In this document: positions 1-15,000 of the stretch, one piece after another
How the letters are laid out: each line of letters opens with the position of its first letter
Position numbering within the stretch: the stretch's first letter is position 1
Assembly: GCA_964057225.1 (NCBI GenBank)
Contig: OZ059899.1
Location: forward strand, 21,390,001 to 21,454,000
Source of the DNA: Auanema rhodensis
Lineage: Eukaryota > Animalia > Nematoda
DNA: 64,000 bases
Direction of reading: 5' to 3'
Program-made: the position numbers and the translations under genes
Notes under the pieces: generated by a model
The model's database searches: none
Told to the model about the DNA's origin: nothing
Seen by the model: only the letters and a program-made list of their open reading frames with translations

Positions 1-3000
1 TTTGACAAAAATTTTTTCAAAAAATTTCAAAATAATTTAGCAAAAAGTAGATGTTTTTAGATTCCTTTTTTCAAGGCGAAGACGATGGACAATGTTATTC
101 AACGAAAAAATTAATTCTTCAGGGTGAAAATCGAGGATATAAGTGTGAACTTATATCAGTTGATATCTCGGTGCATTTTTAAGCTAGCGCAAATCTGATA
201 ACACAGATCGACGCAGCTTAAAAATCCCCATCGAATGCACTATACTACATTGAAAAACGCTTAATACAAAAATTAGTTATGATCGTTTGAAAAATGATGC
301 ATTAGTGTATGTTGAGTTTCCATGTACACTCAACATTGCTTCCAAAAACATTTTGACAAAAATTTTTTCGAAAAATTTCAAAATAATTTAGCAAAAAGTA
401 GATGTTTTTAGATTCCTTTTTTCAAGGCAAAGACGATGGACAATGTTATTCAACGAAAAAATTAATTCTTCAGGGTGAAAATCGAGGATATATGTGTGAA
501 CTTATATCAGTTGATATCTCGGTGCATTTTTAAGCTAGCGCAAATCTGATAACACAGATCGACGCAGCTTAAAAATCCGCATCGAATGCACTATACTACA
601 TTGAGAAACGCTTAATACAAAAATTAGTTATGATCGTTTGAAAAATGATGCATTAGTGTATGTTGAGTTTCCATGTACACTAACATTGCTTCCAAAAACA
701 TTTTGACAAAAATTTTTTCAAAAAATTTCAAAATAATTTAGCAAAAAGTAGATGTTTTTAGATTCCTTTTTTCAAGGCGAAGACGATGGACAATGTTATT
801 CAACGAAAAAATTAATTCTTCAGGGTGAAAATCGAGGATATAAGTGTGAACTTATATCAGTTGATATCTCGGTGCATTTTTAAGCTAGCGCAAATCTGAT
901 AACACAGATCGACGCAGCTTAAAAATCCCCATCGAATGCACTATACTACATTGAAAAACGCTTAATACAAAAATTAGTTATGATCGTTTGAAAAATGATG
1001 CATTAGTGTATGTTGAGTTTCCATGTACACTCAACATTGCTTCCAAAAACATTTTGACAAAAATTTTTTCGAAAAATTTCAAAATAATTTAGCAAAAAGT
1101 AGATGTTTTTAGATTCCTTTTTTCAAGGCAAAGACGATGGACAATGTTATTCAACGAAAAAATTAATTCTTCAGGGTGAAAATCGAGGATATATGTGTGA
1201 ACTTATATCAGTTGATATCTCGGTGCATTTTTAAGCTAGCGCAAATCTAATAATACAGATCGACGCAGCTTAAAAATCCGCATCGAATGCACTATACAAC
1301 ATTGAGAAACGCTTAATACAAAAATTAGTTATGATCGTTTGAAAAATGATGCCTTAGTGTATGTTGAGTTTCCATGTACACTCAACATTGCTTCCAAAAA
1401 CATTTTGACAAAAATTTTTTCGAAAAATTTCAAAATAATTTAGCAAAAAGTAGATGTTTTTAGATTCCTTTTTTCAAGGCAAAGACGATGGACAATGTTA
1501 TTCAACGAAAAAATTAATTCTTCAGGGTGAAAATCGAGGATATATGTGTGAACTTATATCAGTTGATATCTCGGTGCATTTTTAAGCTAGCGCAAATCTG
1601 ATAACACAGATCGACGCAGCTTAAAAATCCGCATCGAATGCACTATACTACATTGAGAAACGCTTAATACAAAAATTAGTTATGATCGTTTGAAAAATGA
1701 TGCATTAGTGTATGTTGAGTTTCCATGTACACTCAACATTGCTTCCAAAAACATTTTGACAAAAATTTTTTCAAAAAATTTCAAAATAATTTAACAAAAA
1801 GTAGATGTTTTTAGATTCCTTTTTTCAAGGCAAAGACGATGGACAATGTTATTCAACAAAAAAATTAATTCTTCAGGGTGAAAATCGAGGATATATGTGT
1901 GAACTTATATCAGTTGATATCTCGGTGCATTTTTAAGCTAGCGCAAATCTGATAACACAGATCGACGCAGCTTAAAAATCCGCATCGAATGCACTATACT
2001 ACATTGAGAAACGCTTAATACAAAAATTAGTTATGATCGTTTGAAAAATGATGCATTAGTGTATGTTAAGTTTCCATGTACAATCAACATTGCTTCCAAA
2101 AACATTTTGACAAAAATTTTTTCGAAAAATTTCAAAATAATTTAGCAAAAAGTAGATGTTTTTAGATTCCTTTTTTCAAGGCAAAGACGATGGACAATGT
2201 TATTCAACAAAAAAATTAATTCTTCAGGGTGAAAATCGAGGATATATGTGTGAACTTATATCAGTTGATATCTCGGTGCATTTTTAAGCTAGCGCAAATC
2301 TGATAACACAGATCGACGCAGCTTAAAAATCCGCATCGAATGCACTATACTACATTGAGAAACGCTTAATACAAAAATTAGTTATGATCGTTTGAAAAAT
2401 GATGCCTTAGTGTATGTTGAGTTTCCATGTACACTCAACATTGCTTCCAAAAACATTTTGACAAAAATTTTTTCGAAAAATTTCAAAATAATTTAGCAAA
2501 AAGTAGATGTTTTTAGATTCCTTTTTTCAAGGCAAAGACGATGGACAATGTTATTCAACAAAAAAATTAATTCTTCAGGGTGAAAATCGAGGATATATGT
2601 GTGAACTTATATCAGTTGATATCTCGGTGCATTTTTAAGCTAGCGCAAATCTGATAACACAGATCGACGCAGCTTAAAAATCCGCATCGAATGCACTATA
2701 CTACATTGAGAAACGCTTAATACAAAAATTAGTTATGATCGTTTGAAAAATGATGCATTAGTGTATGTTGAGTTTCCATGTACACTCAACATTGCTTCCA
2801 AAAACATTTTGACAAAAATTTTTTCAAAAAATTTCAAAATAATTAAACAAAAAGTAGATGTTTTTAGATTCCTTTTTTCAAGGCAAAGACGATGGACAAT
2901 GTTATTCAACAAAAAAATTAATTCTTCAGGGTGAAAATCGAGGATATATGTGTGAACTTATATCAGTTGATATCTCGGTGCATTTTTAAGCTAGCGCAAA

Positions 3001-6000
3001 TCTGATAACACAGATCGACGCAGCTTAAAAATCCGCATCGAATGCACTATACTACATTGAGAAACGCTTAATACAAAAATTAGTTATGATCGTTTGAAAA
3101 ATGATGCATTAGTGTATGTTGAGTTTCCATGTACACTCAACATTGCTTCCAAAAACATTTTGACAAAAATTTTTTCAAAAAATTTCAAAATAATTTAGCA
3201 AAAAGTAGATGTTTTTAGATTCCTTTTTTCAAGGCGAAGACGATGGACAATGTTATTCAACGAAAAAATTAATTCTTCAGGGTGAAAATCGAGGATATAA
3301 GTGTGAACTTATATCAGTTGATATCTCGGTGCATTTTTAAGCTAGCGCAAATCTGATAACACAGATCGACGCAGCTTAAAAATCCCCATCGAATGCACTA
3401 TACTACATTGAGAAACGCTTAATTCAAAAAATTAGTTATGATCGTTTGAAAAATGATGCCTTAGTGTATGTTGAGTTTCCATGTACACTCAACATTGCTT
3501 CCAAAAACATTTTGACAAAAATTTTTTCGAAAAATTTCAAAATAATTTAGCAAAAAGTAGATGTTTTTAGATTCCTTTTTTCAAGGCAAAGACGATGGAC
3601 AATGTTATTCAACGAAAAAATTAATTCTTCAGGGTGAAAATCGAGGATATAAGTGTGAACTTATATCAGTTGATATCTCGGTGCATTTTTAAGCTAGCGC
3701 AAATCTGATAACACAGATCGACGCAGCTTAAAAATCCCCATCGAATGCACTATACTACATTGAGAAACGCTTAATTCAAAAAATTAGTTATGATCGTTTG
3801 AAAAATGATGCCTTAGTGTATGTTGAGTTTCCATGTACACTCAACATTGCTTCCAAAAACATTTTGACAAAAATTTTTTCGAAAAATTTCAAAATAATTT
3901 AGCAAAAAGTAGATGTTTTTAGATTCCTTTTTTCAAGGCAAAGACGATGGACAATGTTATTCAACGAAAAAATTAATTCTTCAGGGTGAAAATCGAGGAT
4001 ATATGTGTGAACTTATATCAGTTGATATCTCGGTGCATTTTTAAGCTAGCGCAAATCTAATAATACAGATCGACGCAGCTTAAAAATCCGCATCGAATGC
4101 ACTATACAACATTGAGAAACGCTTAATACAAAAATTAGTTATGATCGTTTGAAAAATGATGCCTTAGTGTATGTTGAGTTTCCATGTACACTCAACATTG
4201 CTTCCAAAAACATTTTGACAAAAATTTTTTCGAAAAATTTCAAAATAATTTAGCAAAAAGTAGATGTTTTTAGATTCCTTTTTTCAAGGCAAAGACGATG
4301 GACAATGTTATTCAACGAAAAAATTAATTCTTCAGGGTGAAAATCGAGGATATATGTGTGAACTTATATCAGTTGATATCTCGGTGCATTTTTAAGCTAG
4401 CGCAAATCTAATAATACAGATCGACGCAGCTTAAAAATCCGCATCGAATGCACTATACTACATTGAGAAACGCTTAATACAAAAATTAGTTATGATCGTT
4501 TGAAAAATGATGCCTTAGTGTATGTTGAGTTTCCATGTACACTCAACATTGCTTCCAAAAACATTTTGACAAAAATTTTTTCGAAAAATTTCAAAATAAT
4601 TTAGCAAAAAGTAGATGTTTTTAGATTCCTTTTTTCAAGGCAAAGACGATGGACAATGTTATTCAACAAAAAAATTAATTCTTCAGGGTGAAAATCGAGG
4701 ATATATGTGTGAACTTATATCAGTTGATATCTCGGTGCATTTTTAAGCTAGCGCAAATCTGATAACACAGATCGACGCAGCTTAAAAATCCGCATCGAAT
4801 GCACTATACTACATTGAGAAACGCTTAATACAAAAATTAGTTATGATCGTTTGAAAAATGATGCATTAGTGTATGTTGAGTTTCCATGTACACTCAACAT
4901 TGCTTCCAAAAACATTTTGACAAAAATTTTTTCAAAAAATTTCAAAATAATTTAGCAAAAAGTAGATGTTTTTAGGTTCCTTTTTTCAAGGCAAAGACGA
5001 TGGACAATGTTATTCAACGAAAAAATTAATTCTTCAGGGTGAAAATCGAGGATATAAGTGTGAACTTATATCAGTTGATATCTCGGTGCATTTTTAAGCT
5101 AGCGCAAATCTGATAACACAGATCGACGCAGCTTAAAAATCCGCATCGAATGCACTATACTACATTGAGAAACGCTTAATACAAAAATTAGTTATGATCG
5201 TTTGAAAAATGATGCATTAGTGTATGTTGAGTTTCCATGTACACTCAACATTGCTTCCAAAAACATTTTGACAAAAATTTTTTCAAAAAATTTCAAAATA
5301 ATTTAACAAAAAGTAGATGTTTTTAGATTCCTTTTTTCAAGGCAAAGACGATGGACAATGTTATTCAACAAAAAAATTAATTCTTCAGGGTGAAAATCGA
5401 GGATATATGTGTGAACTTATATCAGTTGATATCTCGGTGCATTTTTAAGCTAGCGCAAATCTGATAACACAGATCGACGCAGCTTAAAAATCCGCATCGA
5501 ATGCACTATACTACATTGAGAAACGCTTAATACAAAAATTAGTTATGATCGTTTGAAAAATGATGCATTAGTGTATGTTAAGTTTCCATGTACAATCAAC
5601 ATTGCTTCCAAAAACATTTTGACAAAAATTTTTTCGAAAAATTTCAAAATAATTTAGCAAAAAGTAGATGTTTTTAGATTCCTTTTTTCAAGGCAAAGAC
5701 GATGGACAATGTTATTCAACAAAAAAATTAATTCTTCAGGGTGAAAATCGAGGATATATGTGTGAACTTATATCAGTTGATATCTCGGTGCATTTTTAAG
5801 CTAGCGCAAATCTGATAACACAGATCGACGCAGCTTAAAAATCCGCATCGAATGCACTATACTACATTGAGAAACGCTTAATTCAAAAAATTAGTTATGA
5901 TCGTTTGAAAAATGATGCCTTAGTGTATGTTGAGTTTCCATGTACACTCAACATTGCTTCCAAAAACATTTTGACAAAAATTTTTTCGAAAAATTTCAAA

Positions 6001-9000
6001 ATAATTTAGCAAAAAGTAGATGTTTTTAGATTCCTTTTTTCAAGGCGAAGACGATGGACAATGTTATTCAACGAAAAAATTAATTCTTCAGGGTGAAAAT
6101 CGAGGATATAAGTGTGAACTTATATCAGTTGATATCTCGGTGCATTTTTAAGCTAGCGCAAATCTGATAACACAGATCGACGCAGCTTAAAAATCCCCAT
6201 CGAATGCACTATACTACATTGAGAAACGCTTAATTCAAAAAATTAGTTATGATCGTTTGAAAAATGATGCCTTAGTGTATGTTGAGTTTCCATGTACACT
6301 CAACATTGCTTCCAAAAACATTTTGACAAAAATTTTTTCGAAAAATTTCAAAATAATTTAGCAAAAAGTAGATGTTTTTAGATTCCTTTTTTCAAGGCAA
6401 AGACGATGGACAATGTTATTCAACGAAAAAATTAATTCTTCAGGGTGAAAATCGAGGATATATGTGTGAACTTATATCAGTTGATATCTCGGTGCATTTT
6501 TAAGCTAGCGCAAATCTAATAATACAGATCGACGCAGCTTAAAAATCCGCATCGAATGCACTATACAACATTGAGAAACGCTTAATACAAAAATTAGTTA
6601 TGATCGTTTGAAAAATGATGCCTTAGTGTATGTTGAGTTTCCATGTACACTCAACATTGCTTCCAAAAACATTTTGACAAAAATTTTTTCGAAAAATTTC
6701 AAAATAATTTAGCAAAAAGTAGATGTTTTTAGATTCCTTTTTTCAAGGCAAAGACGATGGACAATGTTATTCAACGAAAAAATTAATTCTTCAGGGTGAA
6801 AATCGAGGATATATGTGTGAACTTATATCAGTTGATATCTCGGTGCATTTTTAAGCTAGCGCAAATCTGATAACACAGATCGACGCAGCTTAAAAATCCG
6901 CATCGAATGCACTATACTACATTGAGAAACGCTTAATACAAAAATTAGTTATGATCGTTTGAAAAATGATGCATTAGTGTATGTTGAGTTTCCATGTACA
7001 CTCAACATTGCTTCCAAAAACATTTTGACAAAAATTTTTTCAAAAAATTTCAAAATAATTTAACAAAAAGTAGATGTTTTTAGATTCCTTTTTTCAAGGC
7101 AAAGACGATGGACAATGTTATTCAACAAAAAAATTAATTCTTCAGGGTGAAAATCGAGGATATATGTGTGAACTTATATCAGTTGATATCTCGGTGCATT
7201 TTTAAGCTAGCGCAAATCTGATAACACAGATCGACGCAGCTTAAAAATCCGCATCGAATGCACTATACTACATTGAGAAACGCTTAATACAAAAATTAGT
7301 TATGATCGTTTGAAAAATGATGCATTAGTGTATGTTAAGTTTCCATGTACAATCAACATTGCTTCCAAAAACATTTTGACAAAAATTTTTTCGAAAAATT
7401 TCAAAATAATTTAGCAAAAAGTAGATGTTTTTAGATTCCTTTTTTCAAGGCAAAGACGATGGACAATGTTATTCAACAAAAAAATTAATTCTTCAGGGTG
7501 AAAATCGAGGATATATGTGTGAACTTATATCAGTTGATATCTCGGTGCATTTTTAAGCTAGCGCAAATCTGATAACACAGATCGACGCAGCTTAAAAATC
7601 CGCATCGAATGCACTATACTACATTGAGAAACGCTTAATACAAAAATTAGTTATGATCGTTTGAAAAATGATGCCTTAGTGTATGTTGAGTTTCCATGTA
7701 CACTCAACATTGCTTCCAAAAACATTTTGACAAAAATTTTTTCGAAAAATTTCAAAATAATTTAGCAAAAAGTAGATGTTTTTAGATTCCTTTTTTCAAG
7801 GCAAAGACGATGGACAATGTTATTCAACAAAAAAATTAATTCTTCAGGGTGAAAATCGAGGATATATGTGTGAACTTATATCAGTTGATATCTCGGTGCA
7901 TTTTTAAGCTAGCGCAAATCTGATAACACAGATCGACGCAGCTTAAAAATCCGCATCGAATGCACTATACTACATTGAGAAACGCTTAATACGAAAATTA
8001 GTTATGATCGTTTGAAAAATGATGCATTAGTGTATGTTGAGTTTCCATGTACACTCAACATTGCTTCCAAAAACATTTTGACAAAAATTTTTTCAAAAAA
8101 TTTCAAAATAATTTAACAAAAAGTAGATGTTTTTAGATTCCTTTTTTCAAGGCAAAGACGATGGACAATGTTATTCAACAAAAAAATTAATTCTTCAGGG
8201 TGAAAATCGAGGATATATGTGTGAACTTATATCAGTTGATATCTCGGTGCATTTTTAAGCTAGCGCAAATCTGATAACACAGATCGACGCAGCTTAAAAA
8301 TCCGCATCGAATGCACTATACTACATTGAGAAACGCTTAATACAAAAATTAGTTATGATCGTTTGAAAAATGATGCATTAGTGTATGTTAAGTTTCCATG
8401 TACAATCAACATTGCTTCCAAAAACATTTTGACAAAATTTTTTCGAAAAATTTCAAAATAATTTAGCAAAAAGTAGATGTTTTTAGATTCCTTTTTTCAA
8501 GGCAAAGACGATGGACAATGTTATTCAACAAAAAAATTAATTCTTCAGGGTGAAAATCGAGGATATATGTGTGAACTTATATCAGTTGATATCTCGGTGC
8601 ATTTTTAAGCTAGCGCAAATCTGATAACACAGATCGACGCAGCTTAAAAATCCGCATCGAATGCACTATACTACATTGAGAAACGCTTAATACAAAAATT
8701 AGTTATGATCGTTTGAAAAATGATGCATTAGTGTATGTTGAGTTTCCATGTACACTCAACATTGCTTCCAAAAACATTTTGACAAAAATTTTTTCAAAAA
8801 ATTTCAAAATAATTTAGCAAAAAGTAGATGTTTTTAGATTCCTTTTTTCAAGGCGAAGACGATGGACAATGTTATTCAACGAAAAAATTAATTCTTCAGG
8901 GTGAAAATCGAGGATATAAGTGTGAACTTATATCAGTTGATATCTCGGTGCATTTTTAAGCTAGCGCAAATCTGATAACACAGATCGACGCAGCTTAAAA

Positions 9001-12000
9001 ATCCCCATCGAATGCACTATACTACGTTGAGAAACGCTTAATTCAAAAAATTAGTTATGATCGTTTGAAAAATGATGCCTTAGTGTATGTTGAGTTTCCA
9101 TGTACACTCAACATTGCTTCCAAAAACATTTTGACAAAAATTTTTTCGAAAAATTTCAAAATAATTTAGCAAAAAGTAGATGTTTTTAGATTCCTTTTTT
9201 CAAGGCAAAGACGATGGACAATGTTATTCAACGAAAAAATTAATTCTTCAGGGTGAAAATCGAGGATATATGTGTGAACTTATATCAGTTGATATCTCGG
9301 TGCATTTTTAAGCTAGCGCAAATCTAATAATACAGATCGACGCAGCTTAAAAATCCGCATCGAATGCACTATACTACATTGAGAAACGCTTAATACAAAA
9401 ATTAGTTATGATCGTTTGAAAAATGATGCCTTAGTGTATGTTGAGTTTCCATGTACACTCAACATTGCTTCCAAAAACATTTTGACAAAAATTTTTTCGA
9501 AAAATTTCAAAATAATTTAGCAAAAAGTAGATGTTTTTAGATTCCTTTTTTCAAGGCAAAGACGATGGACAATGTTATTCAACAAAAAAATTAATTCTTC
9601 AGGGTGAAAATCGAGGATATATGTGTGAACTTATATCAGTTGATATCTCGGTGCATTTTTAAGCTAGCGCAAATCTGATAACACAGATCGACGCAGCTTA
9701 AAAATCCGCATCGAATGCACTATACTACATTGAGAAACGCTTAATACAAAAATTAGTTATGATCGTTTGAAAAATGATGCATTAGTGTATGTTGAGTTTC
9801 CATGTACACTCAACATTGCTTCCAAAAACATTTTGACAAAAATTTTTTCAAAAAATTTCAAAATAATTTAGCAAAAAGTAGATGTTTTTAGGTTCCTTTT
9901 TTCAAGGCGAAGACGATGGACAATGTTATTCAACGAAAAAATTAATTCTTCAGGGTGAAAATCGAGGATATAAGTGTGAACTTATATCAGTTGATATCTC
10001 GGTGCATTTTTAAGCTAGCGCAAATCTGATAACACAGATCGACGCAGCTTAAAAATCCGCATCGAATGCACTATACTACATTGAGAAACGCTTAATACAA
10101 AAATTAGTTATGATCGTTTGAAAAATGATGCATTAGTGTATGTTGAGTTTCCATGTACACTCAACATTGCTTCCAAAAACATTTTGACAAAAATTTTTTC
10201 AAAAAATTTCAAAATAATTTAGCAAAAAGTAGATGTTTTTAGATTCCTTTTTTCAAGGCGAAGACGATGGACAATGTTATTCAACGAAAAAATTAATTCT
10301 TCAGGGTGAAAATCGAGGATATAAGTGTGAACTTATATCAGTTGATATCTCGGTGCATTTTTAAGCTAGCGCAAATCTGATAACACAGATCGACGCAGCT
10401 TAAAAATCCGCATCGAATGCACTATACTACATTGAGAAACGCTTAATACAAAAATTAGTTATGATCGTTTGAAAAATGATGCATTAGTGTATGTTGAGTT
10501 TCCATGTACACTCAACATTGCTTCCAAAAACATTTTGACAAAAATTTTTTCAAAAAATTTCAAAATAATTTAGCAAAAAGTAGATGTTTTTAGATTCCTT
10601 TTTTCAAGGCGAAGACGATGGACAATGTTATTCAACGAAAAAATTAATTCTTCAGGGTGAAAATCGAGGATATAAGTGTGAACTTATATCAGTTGATATC
10701 TCGGTGCATTTTTAAGCTAGCGCAAATCTGATAACACAGATCGACGCAGCTTAAAAATCCCCATCGAATGCACTATACTACGTTGAGAAACGCTTAATTC
10801 AAAAAATTAGTTATGATCGTTTGAAAAATGATGCCTTAGTGTATGTTGAGTTTCCATGTACACTCAACATTGCTTCCAAAAACATTTTGACAAAAATTTT
10901 TTCGAAAAATTTCAAAATAATTTAGCAAAAAGTAGATGTTTTTAGATTCCTTTTTTCAAGGCAAAGACGATGGACAATGTTATTCAACGAAAAAATTAAT
11001 TCTTCAGGGTGAAAATCGAGGATATATGTGTGAACTTATATCAGTTGATATCTCGGTGCATTTTTAAGCTAGCGCAAATCTAATAATACAGATCGACGCA
11101 GCTTAAAAATCCGCATCGAATGCACTATACTACATTGAGAAACGCTTAATACAAAAATTAGTTATGATCGTTTGAAAAATGATGCCTTAGTGTATGTTGA
11201 GTTTCCATGTACACTCAACATTGCTTCCAAAAACATTTTGACAAAAATTTTTTCGAAAAATTTCAAAATAATTTAGCAAAAAGTAGATGTTTTTAGATTC
11301 CTTTTTTCAAGGCAAAGACGATGGACAATGTTATTCAACAAAAAAATTAATTCTTCAGGGTGAAAATCGAGGATATATGTGTGAACTTATATCAGTTGAT
11401 ATCTCGGTGCATTTTTAAGCTAGCGCAAATCTGATAACACAGATCGACGCAGCTTAAAAATCCGCATCGAATGCACTATACTACATTGAGAAACGCTTAA
11501 TACAAAAATTAGTTATGATCGTTTGAAAAATGATGCATTAGTGTATGTTGAGTTTCCATGTACACTCAACATTGCTTCCAAAAACATTTTGACAAAAATT
11601 TTTTCAAAAAATTTCAAAATAATTTAGCAAAAAGTAGATGTTTTTAGGTTCCTTTTTTCAAGGCAAAGACGATGGACAATGTTATTCAACGAAAAAATTA
11701 ATTCTTCAGGGTGAAAATCGAGGATATAAGTGTGAACTTATATCAGTTGATATCTCGGTGCATTTTTAAGCTAGCGCAAATCTGATAACACAGATCGACG
11801 CAGCTTAAAAATCCGCATCGAATGCACTATACTACATTGAGAAACGCTTAATACAAAAATTAGTTATGATCGTTTGAAAAATGATGCATTAGTGTATGTT
11901 AAGTTTCCATGTACAATCAACATTGCTTCCAAAAACATTTTGACAAAAATTTTTTCGAAAAATTTCAAAATAATTTAGCAAAAAGTAGATGTTTTTAGAT

Positions 12001-15000
12001 TCCTTTTTTCAAGGCAAAGACGATGGACAATGTTATTCAACAAAAAAATTAATTCTTCAGGGTGAAAATCGAGGATATATGTGTGAACTTATATCAGTTG
12101 ATATCTCGGTGCATTTTTAAGCTAGCGCAAATCTGATAACACAGATCGACGCAGCTTAAAAATCCGCATCGAATGCACTATACTACATTGAGAAACGCTT
12201 AATACAAAAATTAGTTATGATCGTTTGAAAAATGATGCATTAGTGTATGTTGAGTTTCCATGTACACTCAACATTGCTTCCAAAAACATTTTGACAAAAA
12301 TTTTTTCAAAAAATTTCAAAATAATTTAGCAAAAAGTAGATGTTTTTAGGTTCCTTTTTTCAAGGCGAAGACGATGGACAATGTTATTCAACGAAAAAAT
12401 TAATTCTTCAGGGTGAAAATCGAGGATATAAGTGTGAACTTATATCAGTTGATATCTCGGTGCATTTTTAAGCTAGCGCAAATCTGATAACACAGATCGA
12501 CGCAGCTTAAAAATCCGCATCGAATGCACTATACTACATTGAGAAACGCTTAATACAAAAATTAGTTATGATCGTTTGAAAAATGATGCATTAGTGTATG
12601 TTGAGTTTCCATGTACACTCAACATTGCTTCCAAAAACATTTTGACAAAAATTTTTTCAAAAAATTTCAAAATAATTTAACAAAAAGTAGATGTTTTTAG
12701 ATTCCTTTTTTCAAGGCAAAGACGATGGACAATGTTATTCAACAAAAAAATTAATTCTTCAGGGTGAAAATCGAGGATATATGTGTGAACTTATATCAGT
12801 TGATATCTCGGTGCATTTTTAAGCTAGCGCAAATCTGATAACACAGATCGACGCAGCTTAAAAATCCGCATCGAATGCACTATACTACATTGAGAAACGC
12901 TTAATACAAAAATTAGTTATGATCGTTTGAAAAATGATGCATTAGTGTATGTTAAGTTTCCATGTACAATCAACATTGCTTCCAAAAACATTTTGACAAA
13001 AATTTTTTCGAAAAATTTCAAAATAATTTAGCAAAAAGTAGATGTTTTTAGATTCCTTTTTTCAAGGCAAAGACGATGGACAATGTTATTCAACAAAAAA
13101 ATTAATTCTTCAGGGTGAAAATCGAGGATATATGTGTGAACTTATATCAGTTGATATCTCGGTGCATTTTTAAGCTAGCGCAAATCTGATAACACAGATC
13201 GACGCAGCTTAAAAATCCGCATCGAATGCACTATACTACATTGAGAAACGCTTAATACAAAAATTAGTTATGATCGTTTGAAAAATGATGCATTAGTGTA
13301 TGTTGAGTTTCCATGTACACTCAACATTGCTTCCAAAAACATTTTGACAAAAATTTTTTCAAAAAATTTCAAAATAATTTAGCAAAAAGTAGATGTTTTT
13401 AGATTCCTTTTTTCAAGGCGAAGACGATGGACAATGTTATTCAACGAAAAAATTAATTCTTCAGGGTGAAAATCGAGGATATAAGTGTGAACTTATATCA
13501 GTTGATATCTCGGTGCATTTTTAAGCTAGCGCAAATCTGATAACACAGATCGACGCAGCTTAAAAATCCCCATTGAATGCACTATACTACATTGAGAAAC
13601 GCTTAATTCAAAAAATTAGTTATGATCGTTTGAAAAATGATGCCTTAGTGTATGTTGAGTTTCCATGTACACTCAACATTGCTTCCAAAAACATTTTGAC
13701 AAAAATGTTTTCGAAAAATTTCAAAATAATTTAGCAAAAAGTAGATGTTTTTAGATTCCTTTTTTCAAGGCAAAGACGATGGACAATGTTATTCAACGAA
13801 AAAATTAATTCTTCAGGGTGAAAATCGAGGATATATGTGTGAACTTATATCAGTTGATATCTCGGTGCATTTTTAAGCTAGCGCAAATCTGATCACACAG
13901 ATCGACGCAGCTTAAAAATCCGCATCGAATGCACTATACTACATTGAGAAACGCTTAATACAAAAATTAGTTATGATCGTTTGAAAAATGATGCATTAGT
14001 GTATGTTGAGTTTCCATGTACACTCAACATTGCTTCCAAAAACATTTTGACAAAAATTTTTTCGAAAAATTTCAAATTAATTTAGCAAAAAGTAGATGTT
14101 TTTAGATTCCTTTTTTCAAGGCAAAGACGATGGACAATGTTATTCAACAAAAAAATTAATTCTTCAGGGTGAAAATCGAGGATATATGTGTGAACTTATA
14201 TCAGTTGATATCTCGGTGCATTTTTAAGCTAGCGCAAATCTGATAACACAGATCGACGCAGCTTAAAAATCCGCATCGAATGCACTATACTACATTGAGA
14301 AACGCTTAATACAAAAATTAGTTATGATCGTTTGAAAAATGATGCATTAGTGTATGTTGAGTTTCCATGTACACTAACATTGCTTCCAAAAACATTTTGA
14401 CAAAAATTTTTTCAAAAAATTTCAAAATAATTTAGCAAAAAGTAGATGTTTTTAGATTCCTTTTTTCAAGGCAAAGACGATGGACAATGTTATTCAACAA
14501 AAAAATTAATTCTTCAGGGTGAAAATCGAGGATATATGTGTGAACTTATATCAGTTGATATCTCGGTGCATTTTTAAGCTAGCGCAAATCTGATAACACA
14601 GATCGACGCAGCTTAAAAATCCGCATCGAATGCACTATACTACATTGAGAAACGCTTAATACAAAAATTAGTTATGATCGTTTGAAAAATGATGCATTAG
14701 TGTATGTTGAGTTTCCATGTACACTAACATTGCTTCCAAAAACATTTTGACAAAAATTTTTTCAAAAAATTTCAAAATAATTTAGCAAAAAGTAGATGTT
14801 TTTAGATTCCTTTTTTAAAGGCAAAGACGATGGACAATGTTATTCAACAAAAAAATTAATTCTTCAGGGTGAAAATCGAGGATATATGTGTGAACTTATA
14901 TCAGTTGATATCTCGGTGCATTTTTAAGCTAGCGCAAATCTGATAACACAGATCGACGCAGCTTAAAAATCCGCATCGAATGCACTATACTACATTGAGA

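Noticed and set aside
1-351. Monomer A as a diverged dimer of a ~176-bp unit or of monomer B
   Set aside because: The two halves show no visible end-to-end similarity to each other or to B. Only short scattered words match.
2060-2095. Paired variants (gttaag + acaatc) in the two arms of the atgttgagt/actcaacat stem, and the ctaataata double variant, as compensatory changes
   Set aside because: The changed bases are not pairing partners and both variants weaken the stems, so there is no covariation support for a selected structure.
2743-2934. 63-aa ORF from the ORF track
   Set aside because: It lies entirely in satellite A, starts at TTG, and exists only because a private T>A at 2845 removes the TAG/TAA stop present in other copies. 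The K/F/N-rich translation simply mirrors the A/T tracts.
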